Assembly: GCA_047495785.1 (NCBI GenBank) | Contig: JBLDXI010000003.1 | Span: 992,001-1,056,000 of the forward strand | Direction of reading: 5' to 3' | DNA: 64,000 nt | Source: Lepidodermella squamata | Taxonomy: Eukaryota > Animalia > Gastrotricha | Shown here: piece after piece, positions 62,740 to 64,000 of the stretch | Numbering within the stretch: position 1 is the stretch's first letter | How the letters are laid out: each line of letters begins with the position of its first letter | Position numbers and translations under genes: made by a program | The notes under the pieces: generated by a model | Told to the model about the DNA's origin: nothing | Databases searched by the model: none | Seen by the model: only the letters and a program-made list of their open reading frames with translations

Positions 62740-63570
62740 TTCCTCAGACTGCATGCTTAGAATTCGGAGTGCCCTAGGGTTCCGTCTTGGGACCTATATT
62801 ATTTACGATCTACGTGAATGAACTGCCTCAGACATCACTCAAGTCTACTGTTATTCAATATGCAGATGACAACACCATTTATTTCTCGGCTGAAATCGAT
62901 GTTTCTGAAATCGAAAGACCTTGAAAATCGTGTAAACTATAGCTAATAGGTTCTAACTGTCTCAAAAAATCCTTGCTAATGATTGTTACACTGAAATCAA
63001 TTGGCAAGTACCAATATTACTATAAACGGGGTCTCAATTGAAAAAACACATTCGATTTGTTTGTTGGGTTTCACTCAAGACGAAAAACTGCTCTACAGGG
63101 AACTAATCGGGTCCCCCACAGAGTAGCAGGCTTCAAATAAAGCAGAGAGCAACAAATGGTGCACACTTCAGACCAAATGGCTTCAGAGCACTCTCATAAA
63201 AAAATAAAAAAGTAAAAAAAGTATTAAGCTATGATCACCATATGTTTTGGAATTAATGCTATTATTTTACTTTGAAGCCATTTTTTAATTTTGCTTTGAG
63301 GTCATGGTGCTTTGAAGCTTTTGCTTTGAAGCCTGTTACTAAATTTTCCCTACTTTGTAGGGGACCCAACTAAGCGAGAAAGCTTGCTCGAAAGGCTCGA
63401 AAAGGTATTAATGCTCTTCAATTAGCGGCAAAAATGGCTTGATAGGGACTGCCTGAAATCAATGGCAAATGGCTTGGTTTTTTTGCTTTGATATTATCCT
63501 AAATGAAACCTTTCCGACTTCTCTACAAAAACTAACAAATTACTGTCAAGCTACTAGAAACGTAGGTATA
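62740..63570 (+). mobile_element. Degenerate LINE (CR1/L2/Jockey-group) reverse transcriptase
   Basis: GVP*GSVLGPILFTIYVNELP..QYADDNTIY from 62766; contains stops and frameshifts. Confidence 0.85.
63106..63370. mobile_element. MITE interrupting the LINE
   Basis: GGGTCCCCCACAGAGTAG and CTACTTTGTAGGGGACCC are inverted; internal TTTGAAGC repeats. Confidence 0.7.
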
Positions 63571-63637
63571 CTTCGGAAATATTAATTCTGAGAAAAATAA
63601 CGGAAAAAATCAGAGTTTTGGTCTGGTCTTTCTAAAG

Positions 63638-63765
63638 TATACCAAACCTATACCAATACCAATACCAATACCGGTCCGAGACCGGTTTGGCCGTAATAAA
63701 GGTGATGGTATGGTCTACGGTATAGCTTAAGGCGGTCTGGTATGGTCTTCCGATGTCGGTATTTG
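63638..63765. repeat. (ATACCA)n / (TGGTAT)n inverted short-repeat patch
   Basis: Direct inspection; likely the subterminal region of a MITE. Confidence 0.5.
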
Positions 63766-64000
63766 CAAAAAATTCGAAAAGCGCTTCAGCAAGCGATATA
63801 ATCCACCTGGCACAACGTGGCGTCTTTGCACTACACGCTACTAGTCAGGTTAAAACGCACATATGTATATTCGCAACAACTTGTACATTATTCCAAAGAT
63901 AAAAAGTATTCTGATCATACCGCGCTGTACCAAATAATTGCGCGCGCGTTGAAACATCAACTTTTTAACGCTGAGGAATTTTGAAAAACAAATTAGATAT

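Overview
Eukaryotic (invertebrate metazoan-type) DNA with compact, mostly ~50-nt spliceosomal introns, so the ORF track fragments nearly every gene. I re-spliced the genes by eye; no searches were run and the species is not identified. Host genes: (i) a minus-strand array of four STAT paralogues (3 complete, 1 truncated); (ii) a duplicated cassette of a GABA-B-like class C GPCR plus a small secreted protein, with a further recent partial duplication; (iii) a TINAGL1-like cathepsin-B homologue with an MsrB gene nested antisense in it; (iv) the 3' part of an IQANK1-like ankyrin gene. Mobile DNA is dense: an apparently intact spliced tyrosine-recombinase (Crypton-like) gene, a complete 4.5-kb pogo-type DD35D element, many MITEs, and LINE and hAT remnants. 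The best novelty candidates are: (1) the pogo element, whose transposase is spliced to an OTU protease domain and which also carries a separate HIRAN gene and a Pol III-type A/B-box unit; (2) the STAT array, with a duplicated linker exon, an H/N switch at the DNA-spacing residue and homogenised SH2/pTyr regions; (3) the co-duplicated receptor plus secreted-protein cassette; (4) a transposon-end-driven tandem duplication with captured inverted flank.
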